DNA from: Tubulanus polymorphus
Lineage: Eukaryota; Animalia; Nemertea
Reading direction: 5' to 3'
Assembly (NCBI RefSeq): GCF_964204645.1
Contig: NC_134036.1
Coordinates: 4,742,600 to 4,806,599, forward strand
Length of the DNA stretch: 64,000 bases
A program made the position numbers and the translations under genes. The notes below the pieces were generated by a model. That model did no database searches. It saw nothing but the letters and a program-made list of their open reading frames with translations, and was not told the origin of the DNA. Below, piece after piece: positions 11,210-23,600 of this stretch; position 1 is the stretch's first letter, and every line of letters begins with the position of its first letter.

Positions 11210-14200
11210 TTATCGATGTCGTTTAGTTTTAGCCCGTATTGATTTCATATCGATAGTCAGTATTGTGTAAAGAAGGGGATTGAGGGACGAGTTGACCGGT
11301 AAGAAAAGAACCGCCAGCCAAGCCGCCACCTGATTCGGTATTTCTACCCGTAATACGGCGCAAAACTGAACAGTAATTAAAGGCAGCCAGCAAAATAGAT
11401 TACATAGATTTATTACTAAACTCCTGCGGGCCAAAACTAGTTCCGTAGGGTCGATTCTACCCGAACCCGTCCTGCTTCCTGAAACGAGTCGGTACATTTG
11501 CGCATAAGTCACCATTATTGAAGCAAGTATGAATGAGTTGAACACGGCAAAAATACCGAATGAATATTGCCAGGCGGTGACATCAATTGAAATCAAATTC
11601 ATTGGTAAACAAACTCCTGTACTGCTGTAGAAATTGTTTCTAAAGTAAGGGATCGGTGTATGAGGCAGCAACGCAATAGCACACAAAACAATCCAACATG
11701 TGCAACATATAATGCAAACAAATCTCAGGGACGTATTGGGGCCTCCAGAAAACGGATTCACGATATTTGAGAATCTGTGACGCGTCATATAGAGCAGAAA
11801 GATTAACGAACCTTCACAAGAAATGGACACCACGATTCCAGCAAAACGACAAAACAAACTGTCCGTCCATAATTCCGCATTGAGAAAATAAGTACCTTTA
11901 TAAATATAATCGGCTCCAGCAATCAAAAACAAATATATAGACATCAAGAAATCGCACAGAGCAACATTAATAATGATGATGTCTGAAGATGGATTTGAGG
12001 AGGAGAATCGAATCGCTCGAACGCGAAGAGAAATGACAATTCCGTTAGCTACAAAACTGAACACAGCGATGACCCAGATGATAGCTCTGAGGACTGTGTT
12101 ACTCATCAGGTCAGAACAGGAGGAAAATTGATCAGCTTCGGGGAGGCACCGGTCAACGTTCGGAGCCAAACAGCAAAATTTGTAAGAATCAGACTTTAAG
12201 GAGACTAATGATGTAAGATTGTTGAAAACATTTCTGTCGACCGAAATAACTTTGTAGTTTTTGGTTATATCCAGAATTTGAAGTGAGGTTAATCCAGAAA
12301 ATGCGTAAGGCGAAATATGATGGATTCTGTTACTGCTGATATTCAATGACTTTAGTGCTGGCAATCCTTGAAATACACGGTCAGAAAGCATCAAAATAAA
12401 AAGTCCACGAAGGTCAAGGTTTTGGAGCGAGCGCAAACCTTGTAAACTGTCTTCTTGTAAATAACGAATTGGATTTTTAGTTATCAATAACTCTTTCAAA
12501 CTGTACAAACCGGTGAATGTATCTGCCGATAATGATGTTATGTTGTTATATGTAAGGTCTAATGTACGCAGATTATGCAGGTTTGTGAACGAGTTTGGTA
12601 AGATATAAGACAATCCATTGAAGGAGATGTTGAGCATTCGAAGATAAACGAATGAAGAAAACGTCGACTCATTTAATCGAATTTCGTTATTTGACAAAAT
12701 TAAAACCCGAGTTGATGCCGGGAAAAGACCAGCAGTATCCGTCATACCATTATTTTTGCAATCAACTAAATTTCCTTGACATTTACAGCCCTTAGGACAC
12801 GTGATGTTACAGAAAGCCTCGTCGTCAGTTGTATGTTTACAATTTACGACTCCGTCACAAACTTCAGATTGTGAGATACAACGATTTTCCTGACCACATT
12901 TAAACATTCCTGGACATGAAAATGTCTCGCAGTTTTGTTCATCTTCTGAATTAGGACAATCTGATTGACCATCGCACACCTGTCTGACCGGTATACAGTA
13001 CGATGCTGGACATTTAACAGTACCAGCTGGACATTCAAATTCTTCACATCTCAATACGTGCTCAAGATTTCTACAAACTGGGAAACCATTTGTCATTCTT
13101 TCTAGAACACATCTGTGACGTCTTGAATAACAATGAGGAGAATTGAAAGAACATCTTTGTTCATCAGATTCCGTACAGAGATTTGTGAAGTTAGTCGTAC
13201 AGTCGTTTTTATTATTGCAATGGACCATAGGATTCACTGTAACATTAGTAGTTGTTACTAATTCATCTTCTTCGAGGCTTCCACTACAATCCACGACACC
13301 ATCCTGATATAACTGAGAACTGATACAGTCCCCGCTGTAACATAGGAATCCTTGACACATTTTAGTAGTGCATCCCACTTCATCGGAGCTATCTCTACAA
13401 TTATTAACACCGTCACATCTGTTAAAGCTACTGACACATTGACCACTTTTACAGCGAAATTGTTCGGGCAAACACGGGGGATGAAAACACGAGTTCTCAT
13501 CTGAACCATCCACACAATCCAGTATGAAATCACAAAAACCACTTATTGATATGAACTGACCACCATTACATTGAAACTGACTGTGTAAATTGATATCCGT
13601 ACAATTGAGTTCATCTTCGCCGTGTCGACAGTCGTGTCTGGTATCACATACGCGATGATCGCTGATACATCTTTGATCGTTACATTTAAACTGCCACGAT
13701 TTACAACCGCTTATAGAAGCTAACTCTTCATCAGTAACATTGTAGGAACACAAAACAGAATGCGCTGTATCTGTCGCATTATCAAACTGTTTCATCGTCC
13801 ATTTAACTGATTGAATATAAGTAATGTCATCTCTAGTGATTATTGGGTTTATAACTTGCAGTCTGTCATTAGATGTCATCATGAGAATAGAGCTATATTG
13901 ATGTTGATATTCAAATATTCTTAAAAAATTGAAAATATCATTTCTTGTGTACCTGTTTATTCTGCCTATTTCACTTCGGATGCTATGACACATCTTTGTC
14001 GCAGTTTCTGTATCTAAACCTCGATGCGTGTTCCAGTCTGTCAGTATTTGATAGGATTTTCTGCCTATGTTTACCCAACCAATCGTACAGCTCGATTCAT
14101 TGAAGCCAGTATTTTTGAAAAATGTGTCGTTTGTTGGTACATTTAACATTGTAACTGTTTTACTTTCGGCGTTGATTCTTTCTTTTTCGCAAATGAAACT

Positions 14201-17163
14201 CGTATGAACCTCTTCGATTTCGCAGGGGAATCGAACCCAGTTCGCTGATCCTCGTGGATTATTCAGTATCATCGCTGTACACGGCATATTGACGTCATTT
14301 ATCGGTTGTTTTCTGAGAGAAGATATCAATCCTTGAATAACTTCAGGTATCGTGTCGTTATTCGTAGGTTTATACCACTCTGTGTAGCTCAATGGTTTTC
14401 CATCAGTCCACGTGTAATAACCAGATCTAGCCTGAAATTTGAGTTAGAAATACATGATCCAAACGTAATTTCAAATTAAATCGTATTTTACAGATGTTTT
14501 AAAATTCACCTGCAGTTTTAATCCAATCATCATAATGAGCGCCCTCTGTGAATACGCACGTCGTAGAAGTACCGTAGCGAATAATGTTTTAATTTTAATC
14601 ATTTCCTGTTCTGAGTTGATACTGAGTAGATGTCCCGCGTACTTCTGTCTACAGTACAATTCGGCATTCTCCCAATTCACACGTTCGTCTCTGATGTATT
14701 TGATGCATGAAATTCCCGAATCTAGGAATCCTGATTTACAAAGTTGTTTAGCCGGTTTCACCGGTAACGACTGCTCCAATGTGTATTGCATTTTGAAAAG
14801 GGGGATGCGATTTGTCACTTCTAGTTTCAGACCAAAATGTGTTAGACTCTGAAATACAACTCCCGACATCGCTTTCTTGCCACATATTTTATATTCGTGT
14901 TGATGCGTTTGACCGTTAGATTCATGACCGACTATTTGTTGCATTACAATCGGGTCCTTGTCTATTTGAGTTGTCTTATCACATCGTATCGGTTCTATCC
15001 GTTTCAATACGAAACGATAATATCGAATCGGTTCAATCCTCTTGAATCGAAAATCATATATCAATGTTTCACTGCTGGTGAACGCTGGCATTCCGGCAGG
15101 GTAGTTTGGCGACTGAATGACCCCGCAATTGCCGTCCGGCGGTTTCTGGCTGAGAGCGTTTCTAGCAGATAGGGATGCTTGACATCGACGCCGTAGTTTA
15201 ATCAATAACGGATAGATCAGGAATGAATTCGTTTTACGCAATTTCACAGTGTTTAACACCAGACGATTTACTCGAGACTTACTAACCAAACTCATATACC
15301 TGTTACAAAACCCGATGAATAGATGTTCCTGAACACATCGGTCAATTTGATATTCGTGTTCTGATAATATATAAATGTTTCTCAAAGGAAGGCGTCGGTT
15401 TTCGGGTGTAATCACGAGACAGTGTGACGTTATATTGATCTGACGTTCTCGTTCCTTTAAAAGATACCCGTCACAGTCGGTAGGACGAAATCTGAGATAT
15501 GATTCATTTTCGACTGTTAACTGACCGTCCCAGTTATAAGCGTATCCTACTACAGTAACCGATCCACCTGATGTAATCAGACTGACGACGTTACGGTCTA
15601 ATGGGGCCTTCATGCGAGGACAATACGGACCGTATCGTCTAGCCGTGAAATTACCACCGTCGAATATGTAAAATCCAGCTCGCTCGCAGTTCTCTGATAA
15701 AACTGTTAGTTCCATATTCTCTTCATAAATATCAACTTTCCATTTAAACTCGAATCTAGTGACGCGATAATTCACGCCGATCTCCGTTCGTTTTTGGATC
15801 AATGACGTCGGCGTCGTGGATGTAATTCCATCCACAGGTACCTAAACACAAGACAGCCAAACATTAAGTACATTAAACAATTTTTGTCGATTCAACTATT
15901 TTTGATACAGAATAAGATAATTCCAACGCTGTTACTCACCAAACGGTTGTGAAATTTCATGTCTTGCATCGAAAGCGATTCTATCTGATAGTCTATTTCA
16001 AATCTCACATTTTCGTGGACTGTTGCTTTCAAAACGCACATTATCACGAGGAAACCGTCAGATTTAACACTCAGTGATTCTAGGTAGTTGTAACCGAGTA
16101 AAATATCAGTTCCTACAACGCGTAACCCTTCTAGTTTATATACACCAATGACGTCACCGGATGTGACGAGATGACGTGTCCAGTTGAAGACGACGTACTG
16201 TAACACCTGCACTGTGATAGACCAGCAGTGTAAGTGTTTCGATCGAGTTATTACGTGTAAACTGTTGTCGTCGGGGATGAGCACTCCCGACTCGCTATCA
16301 GAGATCTGAATCAACGGATTAGAGACGTTCCAATCTGATATCTTGTACGTCTGGACTAGAAAATATGACTCAAACATCTCCGAATTTGGTAAATAAATGA
16401 AGGCTTTATTTGTTTTAGTATAAAATGATGATGGTGGATGTCCGGACCTTTCTCTTATCATGCCTATTGTTTTACTTTTACTGTTCAGACCATCGTGTAT
16501 CGTAATAGGTTTTGATTGATATCGAGCATCCGATTTCAATATCATCTGAATAAATGTGAGATTCAAGGCATGGCCGTGAGATATTTCTATCCATTCAACA
16601 AACAACTGACATCGAAGACGTAATTTCATGTAGAACTTATATCCAATCGATGTCGGTAGATTTCTCAATTCTGGCGGAATGTTTTTGCAGACGGGGGTGA
16701 TTTTCAGTCGGCTTCGTTCAAACCGATATATGACATAAACCCGACTACCTCGCGCACCATCGACGTTACTCCTAAACATCAACGAGATCGAATCGTTACG
16801 GTGGATTTCATGTTTTCCATCGCCGCACAATCTATATTCAGACTCGTGGATGAGAAGGTAGTTATCACTACAGAATATTGACAGCTCGATATCGTGGTAA
16901 ACTTCGACGTGAAAAGTTCCCGGTAAAGAGCTGTTGACGAACCAACGACATTCAACACCGCTCGTAAACGAAGGGTAATTCGGTGAAACGATGTAACCGG
17001 ACGTTGAATCTAGCGGGTACCACGTGTTGTTACAAGAGGAACTTACCGTCACAGACGATTCATCGATAGAGTCTGTGCGATTAGCGCGCGCGATGCGAAC
17101 TCGACAGACGATCAGCGACCCTATAAACAGCGCTCTCAGTCGCTGCTCCATACCGAACAACAT
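11210..17163 (-). CDS. GRL101-like LDLa-LRR GPCR with CUB and C-type lectin ectodomain, copy 1 (~1,925 aa); exons 17163-15940, 15841-14510, 14431-11210
   Basis: Phase-0 introns 15939-15842 (GTGAGT..TTTAG, 98 nt) and 14509-14432 (GTGAAT..TTTCAG, 78 nt). Splicing restores the CTL motif MIGLKLQ|ARSGYYTWTDGKPLSYTEW. Also present: CUB (SGYIVSPNYP..CRW..LCG), ~7 LDLa, ~7 LRR, FSSCSDL hinge, 7TM ending NPLLY. Confidence 0.9.
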
Positions 17164-17463
17164 CAACGCGATGCAATTCCTTTACTATACAAATTCTGCT
17201 CGTCTCTCCTCAAGTCGTGTACATAAACGATGTTGAACTGTTCACTCGTGACTCTCGAAAGCAAATGTTCCCTGCACTCATTGATTTTTAGGATCCGAAT
17301 ATTTCAGCTTCTGATATTTTCCCGAAGGCGATTCGGGTATAACTTACTCGTACAGTCATCAACTCGAGTTTTCTCCGACTCAAAGGTATCTATTTCCCCG
17401 GTAATTACCATCCATCTACATATCTATGACAATTTTCGGCGCCACGTTCCGTCGCATCGACAG

Positions 17464-17480
17464 TATCCATGTCCAATTAC
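17464..17480 (-). promoter_or_regulatory. Conserved upstream element (plus strand TATCCATGTCCAATTA, containing CCAAT) of the GRL101-like genes
   Basis: The same 16-mer lies about 200-320 bp upstream of all four start codons (~17464, ~27195, ~40937, ~52679). Confidence 0.55.
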
Positions 17481-19828
17481 ATTTTTTAAAAATATCTGAT
17501 CATTTTCGCTATATGCATATATATTTATTAATTTTTCATATGTTATTTTAATATTTTCGCATATGTATGGTGCGTGTATAGAGAGCAGAGACAAGACTAG
17601 CTCTACGCCGTTATATGCGATAGCTACAAAACTAGACAACCTAAAAACGACGACTTGAATACTGCTTCATGAAGACGACATTGAACGACCCATGAAAGGG
17701 AGGACGACGAGGACGATATAGAAAAAAAAATAGGGGGATATTTATCCGAATACGACATCCGCGCGAAAGTTCTCTTTTAACTCGGCAAACGTTACTTTCT
17801 GCTGAAACCTTTTCGCGTAGTAAAATAAGCGAATGGATTGTACGACTCGAATAGCAAAGCGTCATAAAATCCTCAAGAATACCACTGTCAACACTGACCT
17901 GACCTTCGGATACCGCTTGCCACGCTCTGATGGCAAATATTGATAAGATTATTGAAGAATGTCTAATTTCCATTTGGGATATGTTTCGATTAGATCATTA
18001 AGCTCATCAAGAAAATTAATCACTTTTATCATTATATCGCCATTTTCGAGTGCCAATTTCATCTAATTTTCATTCTTAATCCTGATACTTTCATATCCCG
18101 TTATCAGATACCTCTTATGATACGGCATTGTCCCGAGGACAGGAACCAACAATGCTACGAAGGAGCCTATTCGTTTTTAGTTTTCGATCGACCATTTCTT
18201 TTTCTGGTTCAGTTAATCGACAATTTTAAATCCATTTTCGTTTCGTTCGAAATTCTAAAAAGTGGATAAAACGGTGACGAAGTACGAAAAACCACGGCAT
18301 TTGAATAATTTGACTAGAATGCTTGAATTGCATAGCCTTTATTTCAATGTGAATGAATATTTTTTTTACAAATTGTTGAAATTCAAATTGATCTAAATCT
18401 CACAAAATAGTATCTCAGAGAGAGAACTAGAAATTTGAAAGGAAACCTTTTATTTCGTTCAGCCACTAGCAACTACATTGTAAAATCGGTAGAAATAGTC
18501 ATCAATGGAAAATCAATCAACTTATGCCGATTTAAATCCGGCAAAACGATTTTTCATAGTAAATGAATGTTAATCAACTCGATATAAAATCGGAACGTTT
18601 TTGAATTAATGTTCAATCATTTTTAACAACTCGACATAGAATCAGATTTTTGTTTTTCCTTTTGCCCAGGACGGCAGTAGATCTCGGCGAGGAATTATAT
18701 TTTGAATTAAACATTTCTGAAATTTCTCAACATTGATTTATGTATATTTTATTTGGATTTATTATCTCGACAAAAAAACCATTTTACGATTACTAAAAAT
18801 GTTTTACGGTTTTATGTCGAGTGATCATCTCGTCATGAATTCAATTTTTAGTTTTCGCCAATCATTCTTTGTCGACATAACAATAATCATCGTCGACATA
18901 AAACTTGTCATTAATCGGAAATGAATCAATGTTGAGATAAGAACTCGACAGAAACAAAAAATCAATATTTCATTTATCATAAATGATGTCCACTTGACGT
19001 GTTGGTCTCGTCAGAAAATCGAATTTTGAATAAAAGAAGAAAGTTTCCGTTTTCATGGTGAGATGATAACTCGACCTAAAATCGGCAAAGGTTTTCTTTG
19101 ATCGAAAATGATTTGGTGTTGAGATATATATCCTGACATAGAATAAAATCTTTTGTTATTCCTAAATGATGTTCGAGAGACTCTTCTATATCTGGACGCT
19201 TCCATTTGTATTAACAAGTGGACTTCTGCAACGGAATAGGAATTAGAAGATGTCTTATTTATATGCTTTGCACTAAGGATCACGTAGACAACGACTAGGC
19301 CTAACTGGGTTTTAAAGATTTCTTGACAAAACTAAAACGGATGAAATTGGCCTGTTTAATATCGATTTTTTTCTAGAAAATGTATATCTTAATTTTCGTA
19401 ATGCCTTTGAATGATTTATTCCAATAATACATGAAAATGAATAACATAGAAAATAAATTGAATTAATTTGCTTACGAAGATATTCAATTTTGCCCTTTGA
19501 AAAAAACTCCTTCTGCAAAGCACTTAAAGTATATCAAGGTGTGTATATACGTGTTTGTATGTACGTATGCGAGTGTCATGTATATGTGTCAATGGTCTCT
19601 AGAACTAAACCAAATAAATGACGCCTTTGAGAAAAAAAAACGCTAAAATTAATGACTGATCTTCATCGTGGCTCAGTCTCAAGCACAGATTTTAGCTCAC
19701 TTTTTCGCAAACTTTTTATTGATCAAACAAGCAGACAAACAAAAGCTAAGAAATCTTGAAACAATGATTTTTTTTACCAACCGAAATGAAAATCGTATAT
19801 CTTCATACCGACTAGCAAGATTGACAAC

Positions 19829-19908
19829 CTGGGCCCGGTTCCACAATTGTGAGTTAGAGTTAACTCTCTGAGTTAGGATTTAACTCAGAACTGTGGAACT
19901 GGATCCAG
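19829..19908. mobile_element. Tiny MITE-like element related to the 6693 family
   Basis: CTG-GGCCCGGTTCCACA ... TGTGGAACTGGATC-CAG inverted termini with CWG flanks. Confidence 0.6.
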
Positions 19909-20642
19909 AATTTGTTATTTTTGCATTGACCTTAAATGTTAGAGTTAATTAACGCATAGAAATAGATCGAAATATCATTGATGGAAAGATCACCGCACCA
20001 TGGAACAGGTTATGGGCCCGATTTGCATTTATTCTCGAAAGTCACAGGTCCACTAGTCAATGAACAGCCAGTGATAGTAGCTTACGTCTGAACTACATTT
20101 ATAGGAACTTACGTCTGAACAACATTATATTAAAAAGACGAAATCAAAACGCTCAATAACTATGATGAAATCAACATTAAGTTACTTATCAACAACCTCG
20201 GGTAATAAAACATTCAACTGTGGAGACCTCATATCCAACCGTTGTTTGGACAGTTAAAGTGAAGAATCCAAAAGAGAAGTTTATTTAATCGATAAGCGTA
20301 TTCCTTATAGTCAGGGAGCCAATCCCGTTTCACTTATATACTTCGTGTTAATTTTTGGCAACACTTATATTCGGTTGCTAGGGTACCCGGGCTCTTCAAA
20401 ACGATTGTTGCCAACCTGGCAAAATTGGTACCTTACTACCAGCACCCCTTAGTGGTCGCTATAGGGGGAAATTTTGGTTGAAAATATCAATTTTCAAACT
20501 AAAAAATGTTTCAATCCGAAATCCAATGTGGAACATGCATTCATGTACATTTTATACATAAGGGAATATTGCATATTAAGGGTTATAATATGGACATAAT
20601 TCGGCAAGGTTCAATAAACATTTGAGGTCCCAAAAGAAATAT

Positions 20643-23600
20643 TCAATGTCGCAAACGTTTAGTTTTTGCTCGTATTGATTTCATATCGATAGTCAGTATT
20701 GTGTAAAGAAGGGGATTGAGGGACGAGTTGATCGGTAAGAAAAGAACTGCCAGCCAAGCCGCCACCTGATTCGGTATTTCTACCCGAAATACGGCGCAAT
20801 ACTGAACGATTATCAACGGCAGCCAGCAAAATAGATTACATAGGTTTATCACCAAACTCCTGCGTGCTAAAATCAGTTCGGTAGGATCGATTCTACCCGA
20901 ACCAGATCTGCTTCCAGATACGAGTCTGTACATTTGGGCATAAGTCCACATGATGGCAGCAAGTATGCCAGAGTTAAACACGGCAAAAATAACGAATGAA
21001 TATTGCCAGGCGTTGACATCAATTGAGATAAGATTCATAGGTAAACAAACTCCTGTATTGCCATAGAAGTTGTTTCCAAAGTAAGATGACTGTGACAGCG
21101 GTATTATAGAACTTGTACAAATGCATAACCAACATATGCAACACATAAAGGACACATATCTCGGAGAGGTAATTGGGCTTCCAGAAAATGGATTAACGAT
21201 ATTCGAAAATCTATGACGAGTTAAAATAAATAGAAACGTCAATGAGCCTTCACAAGAAATAGTCACCACAATTCCAGCGAAACTACACAATGAACTGTCC
21301 GTCCAAGTTTCAGAATTTAGGAAATAATCTCCTTTATAAACATAATCTGCACCCGCAATCAAAAACAAATAAATCGACATCAGAAAATCACAAGCTGCGA
21401 TGTTGATAATGAGGATGTCAGAGGATGTGTTGCGCTTTTCGGATGATGAAAGTCGAATAGATCGAACACGAAATAAAATGACAATACTGTTTGCGAAGAA
21501 ACTGAACGCAGCGATGACCCAGATGATAGCTCTGAGAACTGTGTTACCCATCAGATCAGAACAAGAGGAAAATTGATCGGCTTCGGGAAGGCACGTGTCA
21601 ACATTCGGAGCCATGCAGCAAAATTTGTAAGCATCAGACAATAGGGAAACTAATGATGTCAAATTTTCAAAAGCGCTAGTATCCGTGGAAATGAATTTAG
21701 AGTTGTTGGTTATATCGAGAATTCTAAGTTTTTTCAATCCTGAAAAAGCATATTGTGAAATATGATTGATTCTGTTCGTGCTGATATTCAACGACTGTAA
21801 TGCAGATAAACCTCTAAATACATTCCTTCCAAGCACCAACAAGCTGAGTCCATGAAGGTCGAGAAATATTAGTGACTTTAAATCTTGGTAGGTATCGCCC
21901 TCTAAATGACGGAGTGGATTTTCAGTTATCAATAATTTGTTCAAACTGTACAGACCGGTGAATGTATTTGTAGATAATGATGTTAAGTTGTTGTATGTCA
22001 GGTCTAATGTATGTAGATTATGCAGGTTTGAGAACGAGTTTGGGAAAATATAAGACAATTCATTGAAGGAGATGTTGAGCATTCGAAGATAAACGAATGA
22101 AGAAAACGTTGACTTACTTAATAGTATTTCGTTATTTGATAAAATCAAAACTCGAGTTGATTCCGAGAAAAGACCAGTAATATCTTTTAAACGAGCATTG
22201 GCACAATCGATCAAATGACCTTGACATTTACAGCCCATCCGACACGTGATGTTACAGAAAGCCTCGTCATCAGTCGTGTGTTTACAATTAACGACACCAT
22301 CGCAAATTTCAGATTGTGGAAGACATCGATTTTCCTGACCACATTTAAACATTCCTGGACATGAAAAATTCTCGCAGTTTTGTTCATCTTCTGAATTAGG
22401 ACAATCTGATTGGCCATCGCACACCTGTCTGATTGGTATACAGTATGAGGCTGGGCATTTCATAGTACCAGCTGGACATTCAAATTCTTCACATTTCAAT
22501 ACGTGCTCAAGATTTCTACAAACTGGGTAACCATTCGTCATTCTTTCTAGAATACATCTGTGACGTCTAGAATAACAATGCGGAGAATTAAAAGAACATC
22601 TTTGTTCATCATATTCTATACAGAGATTTGTGAAGTTAGTCGTGCAGTGGTTTTCATTATTACAATGAACAGTAGGATTCACTGTAACATTAGTAGTTGT
22701 TACTAATTTATCATTTTTAGGGCTTACACTGCAATCCACGACACCGTCCTGATACAACTGCGCACTAATACATTTCCCATTTGTACACAGGAACCCCCTA
22801 CAGAGTTTAGCAGTGCATCCAATTTCATCTGATACATCTTTACAATTAGGTATTCCATCGCATCTTTGAGACAATAAGAGACATTGACCACTTTCGCAGC
22901 GAAATTGTTGAGAAAAACAAGGAGGATAAAAACACGAGTTCTCATCGGAACCATCAACACAATCTTGTTTAAAATCACAGAAAGAACTCACTGATATAAC
23001 CTGACCATCACTGCATTGAAACTGACCGCGCGAATCAAGTTTATTAGATGTTGCTAATTCATCTTCTTCAAGGCTTCCAGTACAATCCACGACACCATCC
23101 TGATACAACTGAGAACTGATACACTCTCCACTTTTACACAGAAACCCCTGACACATTGCTGCGGTGCATCCTATTTCATCTGATCCGTCTTTACAATCAG
23201 TGACTCCGTCACATCTGTTCGACCTACTGACACATTGACCACTCTTACAGCGAACTTGTTCGAACAAACACGGGGGATGAAAACACGAGTTCTCATCTGA
23301 ACGATCGACACAATCCTGTATGAAATCACAGAAACCACTTATTGATATCACCTGACCATCGTAGCATTGAAACTGACTGTGTAAATTGATATCCGTACAA
23401 TTGAGTTCATCTTCACCGTGTTGACAGTCGTGTCTGGTATCACATACGCGATGGTCGCTGATACATCTTTGATCGTTACATTTAAACTGCCACGATTTAC
23501 ATCCGCTTATAGAAGCTAACTCTTCGTCAGTTACATTGAATGAACACAAAACAGAATGCGCTCTATCTGTCGCATTATCAAACTGTTTCATCGTCCATTT

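Noticed and set aside
14535-14852. Plus-strand ORFs recurring in several GRL copies (also 24372, 49753, 25920, 51286) and shifted-frame ORFs (12844, 13258, 34475)
   Set aside because: Their recurrence is explained by conservation of the sense-strand receptor sequence.
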